Shown here piece by piece: positions 8,469 through 17,365 of a DNA stretch of 64,000 nucleotides. Source of the stretch: an uncultured Verrucomicrobiae bacterium (lineage in GTDB: Bacteria > Verrucomicrobiota > Verrucomicrobiia > Limisphaerales > UBA8199); the NCBI GenBank assembly GCA_963809845.1, contig CAWELO010000003.1:68709-132708 (forward strand). The letters run 5' to 3'. The position numbers were made by a program, and so were the translations under genes. The notes under the pieces are model-generated. The model was not told the DNA's origin and did not search any database. It saw only the letters and a list, made by a program, of their open reading frames with translations. Each line of letters opens with the position of its first letter. The stretch's first letter is position 1.

Positions 8469-11400
8469 ATGCAAAGTCCAGAGTCGGTGCGCATTTGGAC
8501 CGAAGACCTCGTCATCCCCACCTACCGGGCGGGCGAGCCAAACGCCAACCCGATGTTTCTGGAAAAGCGGGTTTACCAAGGGAGTTCGGGCCGCGTTTAC
8601 CCCTATGCGGTGATCGACAAGATTTGCGACGAAAAGTCGGATGAAACGCACACGGCAATCTTCCTTGAAAACGAGTATCTAAAGCTCATGGTCATGCCCG
8701 GGTTTGGCGGGCGCATTCAATCTGCCTATGACAAGACCAATGATTACGCGTTTATCTACCACAACCGCGTCATCAAGCCGGCGCTGGTGGGGTTGGCGGG
8801 CCCGTGGCTTTCGGGCGGTATCGAGTTCAATTGGCCCCAGCATCATCGGCCCGGCACGTATTGTCCCGTCGAGCACGCCACGACGTGGAACGCCGACGGC
8901 AGCCAAACGCTGTGGCTGAGCGAGCTAGAACCCATGTGGGGCCTCAAGAGCACCCTGGGCCTCACGTTGTATCCGGCCCGAGCCCTGCTCGAGATCAACC
9001 TTCGCCTCTGCAATCCCACTTCCCTGCCGCAAAGCTTTCACCTCTGGACCAACCCCGCCGTGCACGTCAACGACCGGTATCAGTCGGTCTTTCCTCCGGA
9101 CGTGCAAGCGGTCTATGACCACGGCAAACGCGATGTCTCGAGTTTCCCTGTCGCCCGGGGTGAATACTACAAGGTGGATTACTCGCGCGGCGTGGATATC
9201 TCCTGGTACAAGAACCTGCCAGTGCCCACGTCGTTTATGGCCGCCCACTCGGATTACAATTTTATCGGCGGGTACGATCACGGGCGGCAGGCCGGCGTTT
9301 TGCACGTCGCCGATCACCACGTCGTGCCTGGCAAGAAGCAATGGGTTTGGGGGTGCGGCGAATTCGGTCGCGCCTGGGACCGCAATCTCACGGACGAGGA
9401 TGGGCCTTACGCGGAGCTGATGTGCGGGGTGTTTGCCGACAATCAGCCCGATTTTTCCTGGCTTGAACCCGGCGAGGAGAAGGAGGTCCGGCAGTTTTTT
9501 CTCCCCTACAAAACCATTGGCCTGGTGCGCAACGCTACCATTGATGCGGCGGTGAGCCTCGAGCACGCTAACGGGCAAGTCTCGCTCGGCGCGTATGCCA
9601 CCGCCAGCCGGCCCCGGGCCAGCATCCGCTTGGTTTCCGGGCACAAGATCGTTTGGCAGACCATACAGGATTTGGCGCCTGACCGTCCGTTCACCGCCGA
9701 AGTAAAGCTTCCGCGAAAGCTCGGGAACGCAGATCTCGAACTGAGTGTCCATAGCCGTGAGGGCGCCCTGCTCGTGGCCTACGCACCCGAACCTGTCCAG
9801 GCCGCGGCCATTCCCCAGCCTGCGAAACCGATCCCGCGCCCTGACCAGGTCGAAACCACCGAGGCGCTCTACCTGGCGGGCTTGCACCTCGAACAATACC
9901 GTCACGCGACCCGGGAGCCGGAAGATTATTACCGTGAAGGGCTCCGCCGTGATCCCGGAGACGTGCGCAGCAACAACGCCCTCGGGCTCCTGCTCCTGCG
10001 CCGCGGCCAGTTTTCCCTGGCGGAGCCACTCTTCCGCGCGGCCATCCGGACCCAAACCCGGCACAACCCGAACCCACAGGACGGCGAGCCGCACTACAAC
10101 CTCGGCGTCTGCCTCAGGCATTTGGCGCGCAGCGCCGCAAGTCGAGCGGAGGCCTCGGACCGACTGTCTCTGGCCTATGACGCCTTTTACAAAGCCACTT
10201 GGAACGCGGCCTGGCAGGACGCCGCCTTTTTCCAATTGGCCCAGATCGCTTCGGCACGAGGAGATTTTGCCCAGGCGCTCGACTTTATCGAGCGATCCCG
10301 CGCGCGCAACGCCCACAACCAAAAGGCCCGCCATTTGGAGATCGTGCTGCTCCGCAAGCTCGGCCGCTCGGTCGAAGCCCAGGCCCGCGCGGAAGCGGCG
10401 CTGGCCCGGGACCCCCTGGATTTCGCGGCGCGGAATGAATTGAACCTCCTTCACACACCACCGGACGGCCAAAAGGCCGAGCGGCCAATCCCGCGCCCGC
10501 CGCGGACGGCGGAAGCGTGCGCGCGCGACGGTGATACGCCCCTCGGCGGTCCGGGGATCCATGCCGGCCTGGAACTCGCCGCCGATTATGCGCAAGCCGG
10601 AGCGTATGAAGAAGCCATCGCTCTCTTGCAATCCCTGGTCGCAGGGCGCGGCGGTGCTCGGGCGCCTCGGCGAGGCGGCGCGCCCCCCGCCGTCCCTGCC
10701 CCGGGCCACCTGGGCGAAACGAGCATGCCCAATGCCTGGCCCATGGTCTTTTATTTCCTGGGGAGCTACGCCACCCAGTTTGCCGACGCCAACGCGGCTG
10801 CCAGATACTTCAGGCTGGCGGCGGCGCAAAGCCCGGACAGATGCTTTCCGAACAGCCTCGATGCCCTTGGTGCTTTGCAGGCCGCGTTGCGCTTCAATCC
10901 CAAAGACGCCCGCGCCGCGCTTTATCTCGGAAACCTCTGGTATGACAAGCGGCAGGTGAAAGAGGCCATCGCGTGCTGGGAAGCGGCTCGCCAAGCCGAT
11001 CCCGCGCTGCCGGTGGTTCACCGCAATCTGGCGCTCGCGTATTTCAACAAGCTGCACGACCCGTCCAGGGCCTTGAGATCGCTGCAAACGGCTTTCCGAC
11101 TGGATCCTTCAGACGCGCGGGTGCTATTCGAGTTGGATTTGCTCAAAAGACGGGCCGGTGTGGCCCCTGAAAAGCGCATGGCGTTTCTAGCCAAGCATCT
11201 CCCGACCGTGCACCAGCGGGAGGATTTGCTCCTCGAATTCATCACCCTGCTGAACTTGTTCGGTCGCCACGAAGAAGCTCTGGATCGGCTTCTGAGCCGT
11301 ACGTTCCACCCGTGGGAAGGCGGGGAAGGCCGGGTAACGGGCCAATACGTGACCAGCCTCGTTGAGATGGCCAAGGACCGAATGCTCGCAGGGGGGCAAG

Positions 11401-12002
11401 CCGCAGCCGGCGCGGCACCGGCGCAGAACGCAGCCCGTTTGGCCCTCGACCTGCTCGAGCGGGCGCGGCATTATCCCGAGAGTCTGGGCGAAGGGAAGCT
11501 GCATGGCGCCCGGGAGAATCCGATCCATTTCTGGTTGGGCAAGGCCCACGAACAACGGGGCGATGCGAAAGCCGCGCGAACCGCCTGGCGATTGGCCGCG
11601 ACCGGCATGAGCGCGCCGACGCCGGCGGTGTACTATAACGATCAAAATCCGGAAACCATTTTTTACCAGGGGTTGGCGCTGGCCAAGCTGGGACGGGCCT
11701 CTGCCGCCCGCGAGCGGTTCCAAACTTTGGTCACCTTCGGCAAAGGGCATTTAAAGGATCGGGTGGAGATCGATTATTTCGCCGTGTCCCTGCCCGAGTT
11801 TATGGTGTTCGATGACGATTTGGACCGGCGCAACCAAATCAACTGCCGCTATCTCCTGGCCCTGGGCCTCTTCGGGTTGCGACGCGCCAAACCAGCCCGG
11901 GAGCAGTTGCGGCAGGTGCTCGCCCTCGACCCCGCACATCTCGGAGCGCGGCTCCATTCGAAATTGTTTCAGTTGGCCGCGCCGGAATCTCTGGGGCTCT
12001 AG
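8469..12002 (+). CDS. DUF5107 domain protein with C-terminal TPR repeats
   Basis: ORF 8433..12002. The ATG at 8469 gives MQSPESVRIWTEDLVIPTYRAGEPNANPMFLEKRVYQGSSGRVYPY...GGIEFNWPQHHRP (DUF5107 pattern from memory). A long TPR-like C-terminal half follows. Confidence 0.75.
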   Translation: MQSPESVRIWTEDLVIPTYRAGEPNANPMFLEKRVYQGSSGRVYPYAVIDKICDEKSDETHTAIFLENEYLKLMVMPGFGGRIQSAYDKTNDYAFIYHNRVIKPALVGLAGPWLSGGIEFNWPQHHRPGTYCPVEHATTWNADGSQTLWLSELEPMWGLKSTLGLTLYPARALLEINLRLCNPTSLPQSFHLWTNPAVHVNDRYQSVFPPDVQAVYDHGKRDVSSFPVARGEYYKVDYSRGVDISWYKNLPVPTSFMAAHSDYNFIGGYDHGRQAGVLHVADHHVVPGKKQWVWGCGEFGRAWDRNLTDEDGPYAELMCGVFADNQPDFSWLEPGEEKEVRQFFLPYKTIGLVRNATIDAAVSLEHANGQVSLGAYATASRPRASIRLVSGHKIVWQTIQDLAPDRPFTAEVKLPRKLGNADLELSVHSREGALLVAYAPEPVQAAAIPQPAKPIPRPDQVETTEALYLAGLHLEQYRHATREPEDYYREGLRRDPGDVRSNNALGLLLLRRGQFSLAEPLFRAAIRTQTRHNPNPQDGEPHYNLGVCLRHLARSAASRAEASDRLSLAYDAFYKATWNAAWQDAAFFQLAQIASARGDFAQALDFIERSRARNAHNQKARHLEIVLLRKLGRSVEAQARAEAALARDPLDFAARNELNLLHTPPDGQKAERPIPRPPRTAEACARDGDTPLGGPGIHAGLELAADYAQAGAYEEAIALLQSLVAGRGGARAPRRGGAPPAVPAPGHLGETSMPNAWPMVFYFLGSYATQFADANAAARYFRLAAAQSPDRCFPNSLDALGALQAALRFNPKDARAALYLGNLWYDKRQVKEAIACWEAARQADPALPVVHRNLALAYFNKLHDPSRALRSLQTAFRLDPSDARVLFELDLLKRRAGVAPEKRMAFLAKHLPTVHQREDLLLEFITLLNLFGRHEEALDRLLSRTFHPWEGGEGRVTGQYVTSLVEMAKDRMLAGGQAAAGAAPAQNAARLALDLLERARHYPESLGEGKLHGARENPIHFWLGKAHEQRGDAKAARTAWRLAATGMSAPTPAVYYNDQNPETIFYQGLALAKLGRASAARERFQTLVTFGKGHLKDRVEIDYFAVSLPEFMVFDDDLDRRNQINCRYLLALGLFGLRRAKPAREQLRQVLALDPAHLGARLHSKLFQLAAPESLGL

Positions 12003-12083
12003 TGGGCCGGTTACGCCCGCTCCACTGCCTGTCTCGCCATCGTGCTTGGTTTCCGTTGGGCATCCTTTAAGCTGTGTCCAGAA

Positions 12084-13511
12084 ATGATCGCGGTCCCCAA
12101 AGCTCCCGCGGATTCCGAGGCCGGAGAGCGCTTCAACGCCGGCTACGTTTGGACGATTTCGAGCATTGCCGCGCTCGGGGGATTGCTCTTTGGTTATGAT
12201 TGGGTGGTCATCGGCGGGGCCAAGCCCTTTTTCGAACGGTATTTCCATCTCACCAACGCCGCACAGTCCGGCTGGGCAAATAGCTGCGCGCTCCTGGGCT
12301 GTTTGTTGGGCGCGCTCCTGGCCGGCGGCTTGAGTGATCGCTTCGGGCGCAAACGGCTTCTGCTGCTCTCGGCCGTGTTATTCGCGGTCACCTCCATCGG
12401 CAATGCCCTGGCCCCCACATTTGTCATCTTCGTCTGCTGGCGGATTCTCGGCGGCACCGCCATCGGGCTCGCCTCGAACCTTTCGCCCATGTATATCGCC
12501 GAGATCGCCCCTGCCCGCCTGCGCGGGCGCTTGGTGTCCATTAACCAGCTCACCATCGTTCTCGGCATCCTCCTGGCGCAGTTCGTCAATTGGTTCCTGG
12601 TCCGGAACCTGCCCCCGGGCAGCACCGGGGAGTTTATCGCGACGTCGTGGTATGGGCAGGCCGGGTGGCGCTGGATGTTTGCGCTTACGGCAGCGCCGGC
12701 TTTGTTGTTCTTCGGCGGCCTGTTCTTCGTGCCCGAGAGCCCGCGCTGGCTGGTGAAGAACGGGCGCCAGGAACAGGCCCGCCAGATTCTCTCCCGAGTC
12801 AGCGGCGAGACCTATGCCCGCTCCGAGATCCACGAGGTGCGAAAAACCATTGCGGACGAGCAGAGCCAGCGCGTGCGTTTCCGGGACCTGTTGGATCCGC
12901 GCATCCGCAAGGTGCTCGTGCTCGGCGTCGTGCTCGCCGTCTTCCAGCAGTGGTGCGGTATCAACGTCATCTTCAACTACGCGGAGGAGATCTTCCACGC
13001 GGCGGGCTATGACATTTCCGGGGTCCTGAAGAACATCGCCTGGACGGGTTCCGTGAACCTGGTCTTTACCTTTGTGGCGCTGGGGGTGGTGGATCGAGGC
13101 GGACGCCGGGTGTTGATGCTCATCGGCGCCGCCGGCTTGGCGTTGATCTACACTGCCATGGGCCTTTGTTATCACGAGGGCATCAAGGGCCTGCCGATGC
13201 TCCTGCTGGTTCTCTCCGCCATTGGTTGCTATGCCATGTCGCTCGCGCCAGTCACCTGGGTGGTTATCTCGGAGATCTTCCCCAATCGGATCCGAGGCGC
13301 CGCCATGTCGGTGGCCGTGACGTCGCTTTGGATCGCCTGCTTTATTCTGACCTACACGTTCCCCCTGCTCAATTCGTGGCTCGGCTCGGCCAAAACCTTC
13401 TGGCTGTATGCGGGCATTTGCGCGGCTGGGTTCCTGTTCGTTCTGCGGCGGTTGCCTGAGACCAGGGGGAAGACCCTCGAGCAGCTCGAAGGGGAATTGA
13501 CGGAACTGTGA
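12084..13511 (+). CDS. sugar-porter family MFS transporter (XylE/GalP-like sugar:H+ symporter)
   Basis: GGLLFGYDWVVIGGA, GRKRLL, PESPRWL and PETRGKTLEQLE are signature motifs of the sugar porter family. About 12 hydrophobic segments are present. Confidence 0.9.
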   Translation: MIAVPKAPADSEAGERFNAGYVWTISSIAALGGLLFGYDWVVIGGAKPFFERYFHLTNAAQSGWANSCALLGCLLGALLAGGLSDRFGRKRLLLLSAVLFAVTSIGNALAPTFVIFVCWRILGGTAIGLASNLSPMYIAEIAPARLRGRLVSINQLTIVLGILLAQFVNWFLVRNLPPGSTGEFIATSWYGQAGWRWMFALTAAPALLFFGGLFFVPESPRWLVKNGRQEQARQILSRVSGETYARSEIHEVRKTIADEQSQRVRFRDLLDPRIRKVLVLGVVLAVFQQWCGINVIFNYAEEIFHAAGYDISGVLKNIAWTGSVNLVFTFVALGVVDRGGRRVLMLIGAAGLALIYTAMGLCYHEGIKGLPMLLLVLSAIGCYAMSLAPVTWVVISEIFPNRIRGAAMSVAVTSLWIACFILTYTFPLLNSWLGSAKTFWLYAGICAAGFLFVLRRLPETRGKTLEQLEGELTEL

Positions 13512-13513
13512 GC

Positions 13514-13600
13514 GGGGGGAGGACGGAGGGCGGAGGACAGAGGACAGAGGACAGAGGGCGGAGGACGGTCGGACGGTCGGACGGTCAGGCGGAGGCAGGG
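13514..13600 (+). repeat. purine-rich GGAGG/ACAGAGG simple repeat, sharing a core with 51341-51391
   Basis: gggggggaggacggagggcggaggacagaggacagaggacagagggcggaggacggtcggacggtcggacggtcaggcggaggc. The core gggcggaggacagaggacagagg recurs at 51351. Confidence 0.8.
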
Positions 13601-13690
13601 GGTTTTCGATGCGGAAAACCGCCGACGATGCTTTCATAGTGCCTCCGGGCTCGACCACCAGGGCTATCCCCGTTACAACAGGCATCGGTC

Positions 13691-15103
13691 ATGAGAAAAT
13701 CCGGGTTTGTCAGAACCAACCGCCTGTTGTCCGCCGTCCTGAGCGCAGGGGCGCTGCTGGCGCTCGCGGTATGGTGGTCTGGGAGGCTATCGGACTCGCC
13801 CCTCAAGCTGCGGGCGCCCGGCGCCGACCAGGCTCCGGGCAGTGCCGTGGGTACAAACGCCAATGCCGTCCTGGCCGGCCATCTCATCCGAGGCGACGGG
13901 CAACCCGCCAAACTCGCAGGTAACTGGCCCCAATTCCGCGGGCCAAGCCGGGATGGCATCAGCCCGGACACCACCCCCTTGGCGCGGAGTTGGCCCGCTC
14001 CCGGCCCGCGCGAACTCTGGTCGGCGGATATGGGCGAAGGTTACGCCGGCGCCGCCATCCTCAACGGACGGGTTTACGTGATGGATTATGACCAGCCCAA
14101 GCGGCAGGACGCGCTTCGCTGCTTGTCACTGGAAGATGGGCGCGAGATTTGGCGCTACGCCTATCCCGACCCCGTAAAACGGAATCATGGAATGTCGCGA
14201 ACCACCCCCGCAGTCACAGAAAAGCGGGTCGTGGCGATCGGCCCGAAATGCCACGTCGTTTGCTTGGATGCCGTCAGCGGCGAACTCCGGTGGGGCTTGG
14301 ACCTGGTCCGGCAGTTTGGCGCGACGGTACCGCCGTGGTATGCCGGCCAATGCCCGTTGGTTGATGGAGACAAGGTCATTCTGGCGCCAGGGGGCAAAGA
14401 CTCGCTTCTCCTGGCCATCGATGGCGAAACGGGCAAGCCACTCTGGAAAAGCCCGAACCCACACTCCTGGAAGATGACCCATTCCTCGATCATGCCCATG
14501 GAGCTCGACGGAGAGCGCATGTACGTCTATTGCGCCAACTCCGGCGTCGTGGGAGTGTCCGCCAGGGACGGCGCCATCCTCTGGGAAACCACCGATTGGA
14601 AAATCAGCATCGCCACGGTGCCTTCCCCGCTCGTGCTCGGGGACGGCCGGATTTTCTTCTCCGGCGGCTATAACTCCGGGAGCCTCATGCTCCGGGTAAA
14701 AAAGGACGGCGGGCGGTTCACGGCTCAAACCCTGTTCAAACTTGATCCCGAGGTTTTCGGAGCGACGCAGCACACTCCCATTCTTTTCGACCAGCACATT
14801 TACGGGGTGCGGCCGGATGGCAAATTCGTTTGCCTCGATCTCGAGGGCAAACCAGTTTGGACCAGCGCCCCGGGCCAGCCATTTGGGCTTGGCCCTTTCC
14901 TGCTGGCGGACGGAGTCCTCTTCGCCATGAACGACTCCGGCCTGCTCCGCTTGATCGAGGCCACGCCGCAGAAGTACAACTTGCTCGCACAGGCCCAGGT
15001 GCTTCAAGGGCGCGAATCCTGGGGTCCCCTGGCGCTGGCTGACGGGCGCCTGATCGCGCGGGATTTGACCCGCATGATCTGCCTGGATGTCGCCAGGCGG
15101 TGA
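13691..15103 (+). CDS. membrane-anchored PQQ-like beta-propeller repeat protein (BamB-like fold family)
   Basis: 470 aa with an N-terminal TM/signal anchor, then NWPQFRGPSRDG and repeated W/G-D propeller blades. It is a paralog of the C-terminal domain of 20484..22268. Confidence 0.8.
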   Translation: MRKSGFVRTNRLLSAVLSAGALLALAVWWSGRLSDSPLKLRAPGADQAPGSAVGTNANAVLAGHLIRGDGQPAKLAGNWPQFRGPSRDGISPDTTPLARSWPAPGPRELWSADMGEGYAGAAILNGRVYVMDYDQPKRQDALRCLSLEDGREIWRYAYPDPVKRNHGMSRTTPAVTEKRVVAIGPKCHVVCLDAVSGELRWGLDLVRQFGATVPPWYAGQCPLVDGDKVILAPGGKDSLLLAIDGETGKPLWKSPNPHSWKMTHSSIMPMELDGERMYVYCANSGVVGVSARDGAILWETTDWKISIATVPSPLVLGDGRIFFSGGYNSGSLMLRVKKDGGRFTAQTLFKLDPEVFGATQHTPILFDQHIYGVRPDGKFVCLDLEGKPVWTSAPGQPFGLGPFLLADGVLFAMNDSGLLRLIEATPQKYNLLAQAQVLQGRESWGPLALADGRLIARDLTRMICLDVARR

Positions 15104-15191
15104 ATCCGCGAAAGAAGTTCGGCTGCCAACAAAATGGCCGCGTTGCGCCAGGAACCGCGTGTTTACCGTGGGGGGTTATCCGCGCCCTCGG

Positions 15192-15276
15192 GCGTCGCTA
15201 CGCGACGCAACGCATAGCGGAGGCCACAGATCCATGGACTGAAGTCCATGGCTACCATCAATTGTCGCTCCGCGAC
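15192..15276 (+). repeat. three-hairpin dispersed intergenic element, copy 1 (type 1)
   Basis: gcgtcgc-tac-gcgacgc ... tccatggactgaagtccatgg-ctaccatc-aatt-gtcgc-tcc-gcgac. The same architecture occurs at 28302-28553 and 49606-49891. Confidence 0.85.
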
Positions 15277-15322
15277 AAGGGCCGTGCAGCCATTCGCGGG
15301 CCCTCATCCTCTCGCACTCTGG

Positions 15323-15462
15323 GGGGGTGTTCGCACGGGCGCGGGTTTGTTCCCACTGGCACGGGTTCATTCGCACAGGCCTGGGTTCATCCGCGCACGC
15401 ACGGATTTGTTCGTACTGGCTCGGGTTTAATGGTACTCGCGCGGGTTCATTCACGGGCCGGC
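15323..15462. repeat. tandem array, 7 units of exactly 20 nt (consensus GGGTTYRTTCGCACNGGCNC)
   Basis: Units start at 15323, 15343, 15363, 15383, 15403, 15423 and 15443. The last unit overlaps the stop codon (15451-15453) of the radical SAM gene. Confidence 0.8.
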
Positions 15463-16875
15463 GATCCGATCACGAGTTGCCATCCATGGCCCGGAGCCCA
15501 GGTGCTGGAGCATTGAGAAATAGCTCCACAGCGGTCCCAGCACACCGCGCTTCCGGAGCCGGGCGACCAAACTCTGGTAGGACGCCTCCGGGTCACCCAC
15601 AATCCAGTTTGGCGATTGTGCCGAGAATCCTCGAAGCGTGCTGAAAACCCCCGTTTCGGTCAGACCGGGTGCAAGATAGTACGTGGGCCTCAACAGATCG
15701 GCGTCGGGTGAAATCACCCCATCCGCCACCGCCTTCCGGAACAGATCCGTCCCGGGATAGATCCGCATGCCCGCGACGACGAGGATGACCGCTTCCTTGA
15801 GCCGCCGCGAATTTTCGAATCCCCGCTCGAGGGTGGCCTGGGTTTCACCAGGGCCGCCGGCGATGAGGAAATGGCAGAAGTCGATCTTCTCCGCCCGGGC
15901 GAGTTCACTCGATTGAAGAATGTCCTGAAAACTGAACCCCTTCTGGTAGCCGGCGAGAACTTCGTCGCAGAAGCTATCGGAACCAAACTCGATATGAGTC
16001 AGGCCCGCTCGCGCCATCAGCCGCATTAAGTCCGCCGACAGGCCCTGTGGACGCAAAAAGCAACCCCAGGGCACCCGGATGTTCCGCCGCAACAGCGCCT
16101 CGCAGATTTCAGCGACGTGCCGCGTCGAGGAGTTAAAGACGGAATCCACGATGAACACGTAACGCGCGCCCAACTGCTGCAATTGCGCGAATTCCTCGGC
16201 GACACTCTCCCCGGAGCGTCGGCGGTGATACCGGCCCTCGATCAGCGGGTACGTGCAATAGCAGCAACGCAAGGCGCAACCTCGCTGGGTTTGGACATTC
16301 AGCATCCCGCCGGTCTCGAGATAATAGCTGGCGATCGGCCCGGGCCGGTCTTCGAGCCTCAAGCCCGGCGCTTCGTGCCCCGGTTCGCCATCGTTGACCA
16401 TGATCTTCCCGGTTTGACGAAAGACCAACCCGGGGATGCTTCGGTAATCGCTCCCGGTTTCCAACGCCGCCGCCAATGCCACCAGGCCGGTTTCGCCTTC
16501 ACCCACAATTCCGAAATCCGCTCCGGTCCGCTCCAGCAGTGCCTCGGGGAAAATGCTGAAGCCACTTCCGCCCAGGATGACCTTGCAGCGGCTTTCTCGC
16601 CGAATCGCCGTAATCAGCGCAGCCACCTCCTCGAAAAAGACCTCGCGTTTGCGAATCAGCACGTCATCGATGTTGCGCACTGAAATGCCGGCGTATTGAG
16701 GCCCCCAGTTCCTGAGCGTTTCCACCAGGCGCTCCGGCTCGATCAGCCAATCCAGCCACCGGCACTCATGCCCCGCCCGGTTCAGCGCCCCGTTCAGGTA
16801 CGCCAATCCCAGCGGGAACACCGGGTCCGGGGTGTGGCACCGATTCGCGCTGATCAAAAGAATTCGGCTGGGCAT
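15451..16875 (-). CDS. B12-binding domain-containing radical SAM protein
   Basis: ORF 15451..17097. The internal ATG at 16875 gives MPSRILLISANRCHTPDPVFPLGLAYL (a B12-binding Rossmann-like N-terminus). The radical SAM motif is RGCALRCCYCTYP (CxxxCxxC). Confidence 0.85.
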   Translation of the reverse strand: MPSRILLISANRCHTPDPVFPLGLAYLNGALNRAGHECRWLDWLIEPERLVETLRNWGPQYAGISVRNIDDVLIRKREVFFEEVAALITAIRRESRCKVILGGSGFSIFPEALLERTGADFGIVGEGETGLVALAAALETGSDYRSIPGLVFRQTGKIMVNDGEPGHEAPGLRLEDRPGPIASYYLETGGMLNVQTQRGCALRCCYCTYPLIEGRYHRRRSGESVAEEFAQLQQLGARYVFIVDSVFNSSTRHVAEICEALLRRNIRVPWGCFLRPQGLSADLMRLMARAGLTHIEFGSDSFCDEVLAGYQKGFSFQDILQSSELARAEKIDFCHFLIAGGPGETQATLERGFENSRRLKEAVILVVAGMRIYPGTDLFRKAVADGVISPDADLLRPTYYLAPGLTETGVFSTLRGFSAQSPNWIVGDPEASYQSLVARLRKRGVLGPLWSYFSMLQHLGSGPWMATRDRIAGP

Positions 16876-17136
16876 GGCATTCCGCGGCTGCTGGACCGGC
16901 TCCGGCAGATTAGGCGCGCCGGCGGAAAACCGCCAAGGGAAAACCGCGGAAGGCGGCGTTGTCAGGCGCCAGCTTAGAGCCAAAGCGGTTGAAAGGTGCA
17001 GGCGGCCCTGGCGGATCGCTGAACAAAAAAAGTTAGCTTCACACCAAAAAAGGGTTGGGATTTGCCAAAACCGTCGTAGCGGCTTTCTTCGCCGCATACG
17101 AGGCTCGATCCGTTATCATTTAACCGCCCTGGGTAT

Positions 17137-17361
17137 ATGCGCTTTTTACCGCAACAGCGTGAAGGCCGTCGCGAGTTTCTCCGCGATGCCGCGCGCTATA
17201 GTGTGCTTGGCCTGTTGGCGCTGATCGCCGCTCTGTCAGCGAAGGTTGTTGGGGCCACCCGCCGGCGTTGTATTAATCGGAGCATTTGCAGCCGCTGCGC
17301 TGTATTTGCCGACTGCGAGCTGCCCGCGGCACTTTCCCGCAAGCAGAGTCAAAACGGGTGA
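17137..17361 (+). CDS. 74-aa protein with twin-arginine-like motif, one hydrophobic helix and a CX5CX2CX5C motif
   Basis: MRFLPQQREGRREFLRDAARYSVLGLLALIAALSAKVVGATRRRCINRSICSRCAVFADCELPAALSRKQSQNG. The stop lies 4 nt before the next start, so it is the first gene of the operon. Confidence 0.6.
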   Translation: MRFLPQQREGRREFLRDAARYSVLGLLALIAALSAKVVGATRRRCINRSICSRCAVFADCELPAALSRKQSQNG

Positions 17362-17365
17362 TTGG

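Noticed and set aside
8925-11087. 720-aa ORF on the minus strand
   Set aside because: It is entirely antisense to the DUF5107/TPR gene. The sequence is Arg/Gly/Pro-rich with no recognisable motifs, which is typical of a shadow ORF in high-GC DNA. The sense frame carries the family motifs.
12378-13685. 435-aa minus-strand ORF
   Set aside because: It is antisense to the sugar-porter MFS gene, and its 3' part is a translated purine-rich simple repeat (…SSVLRPPSS…).
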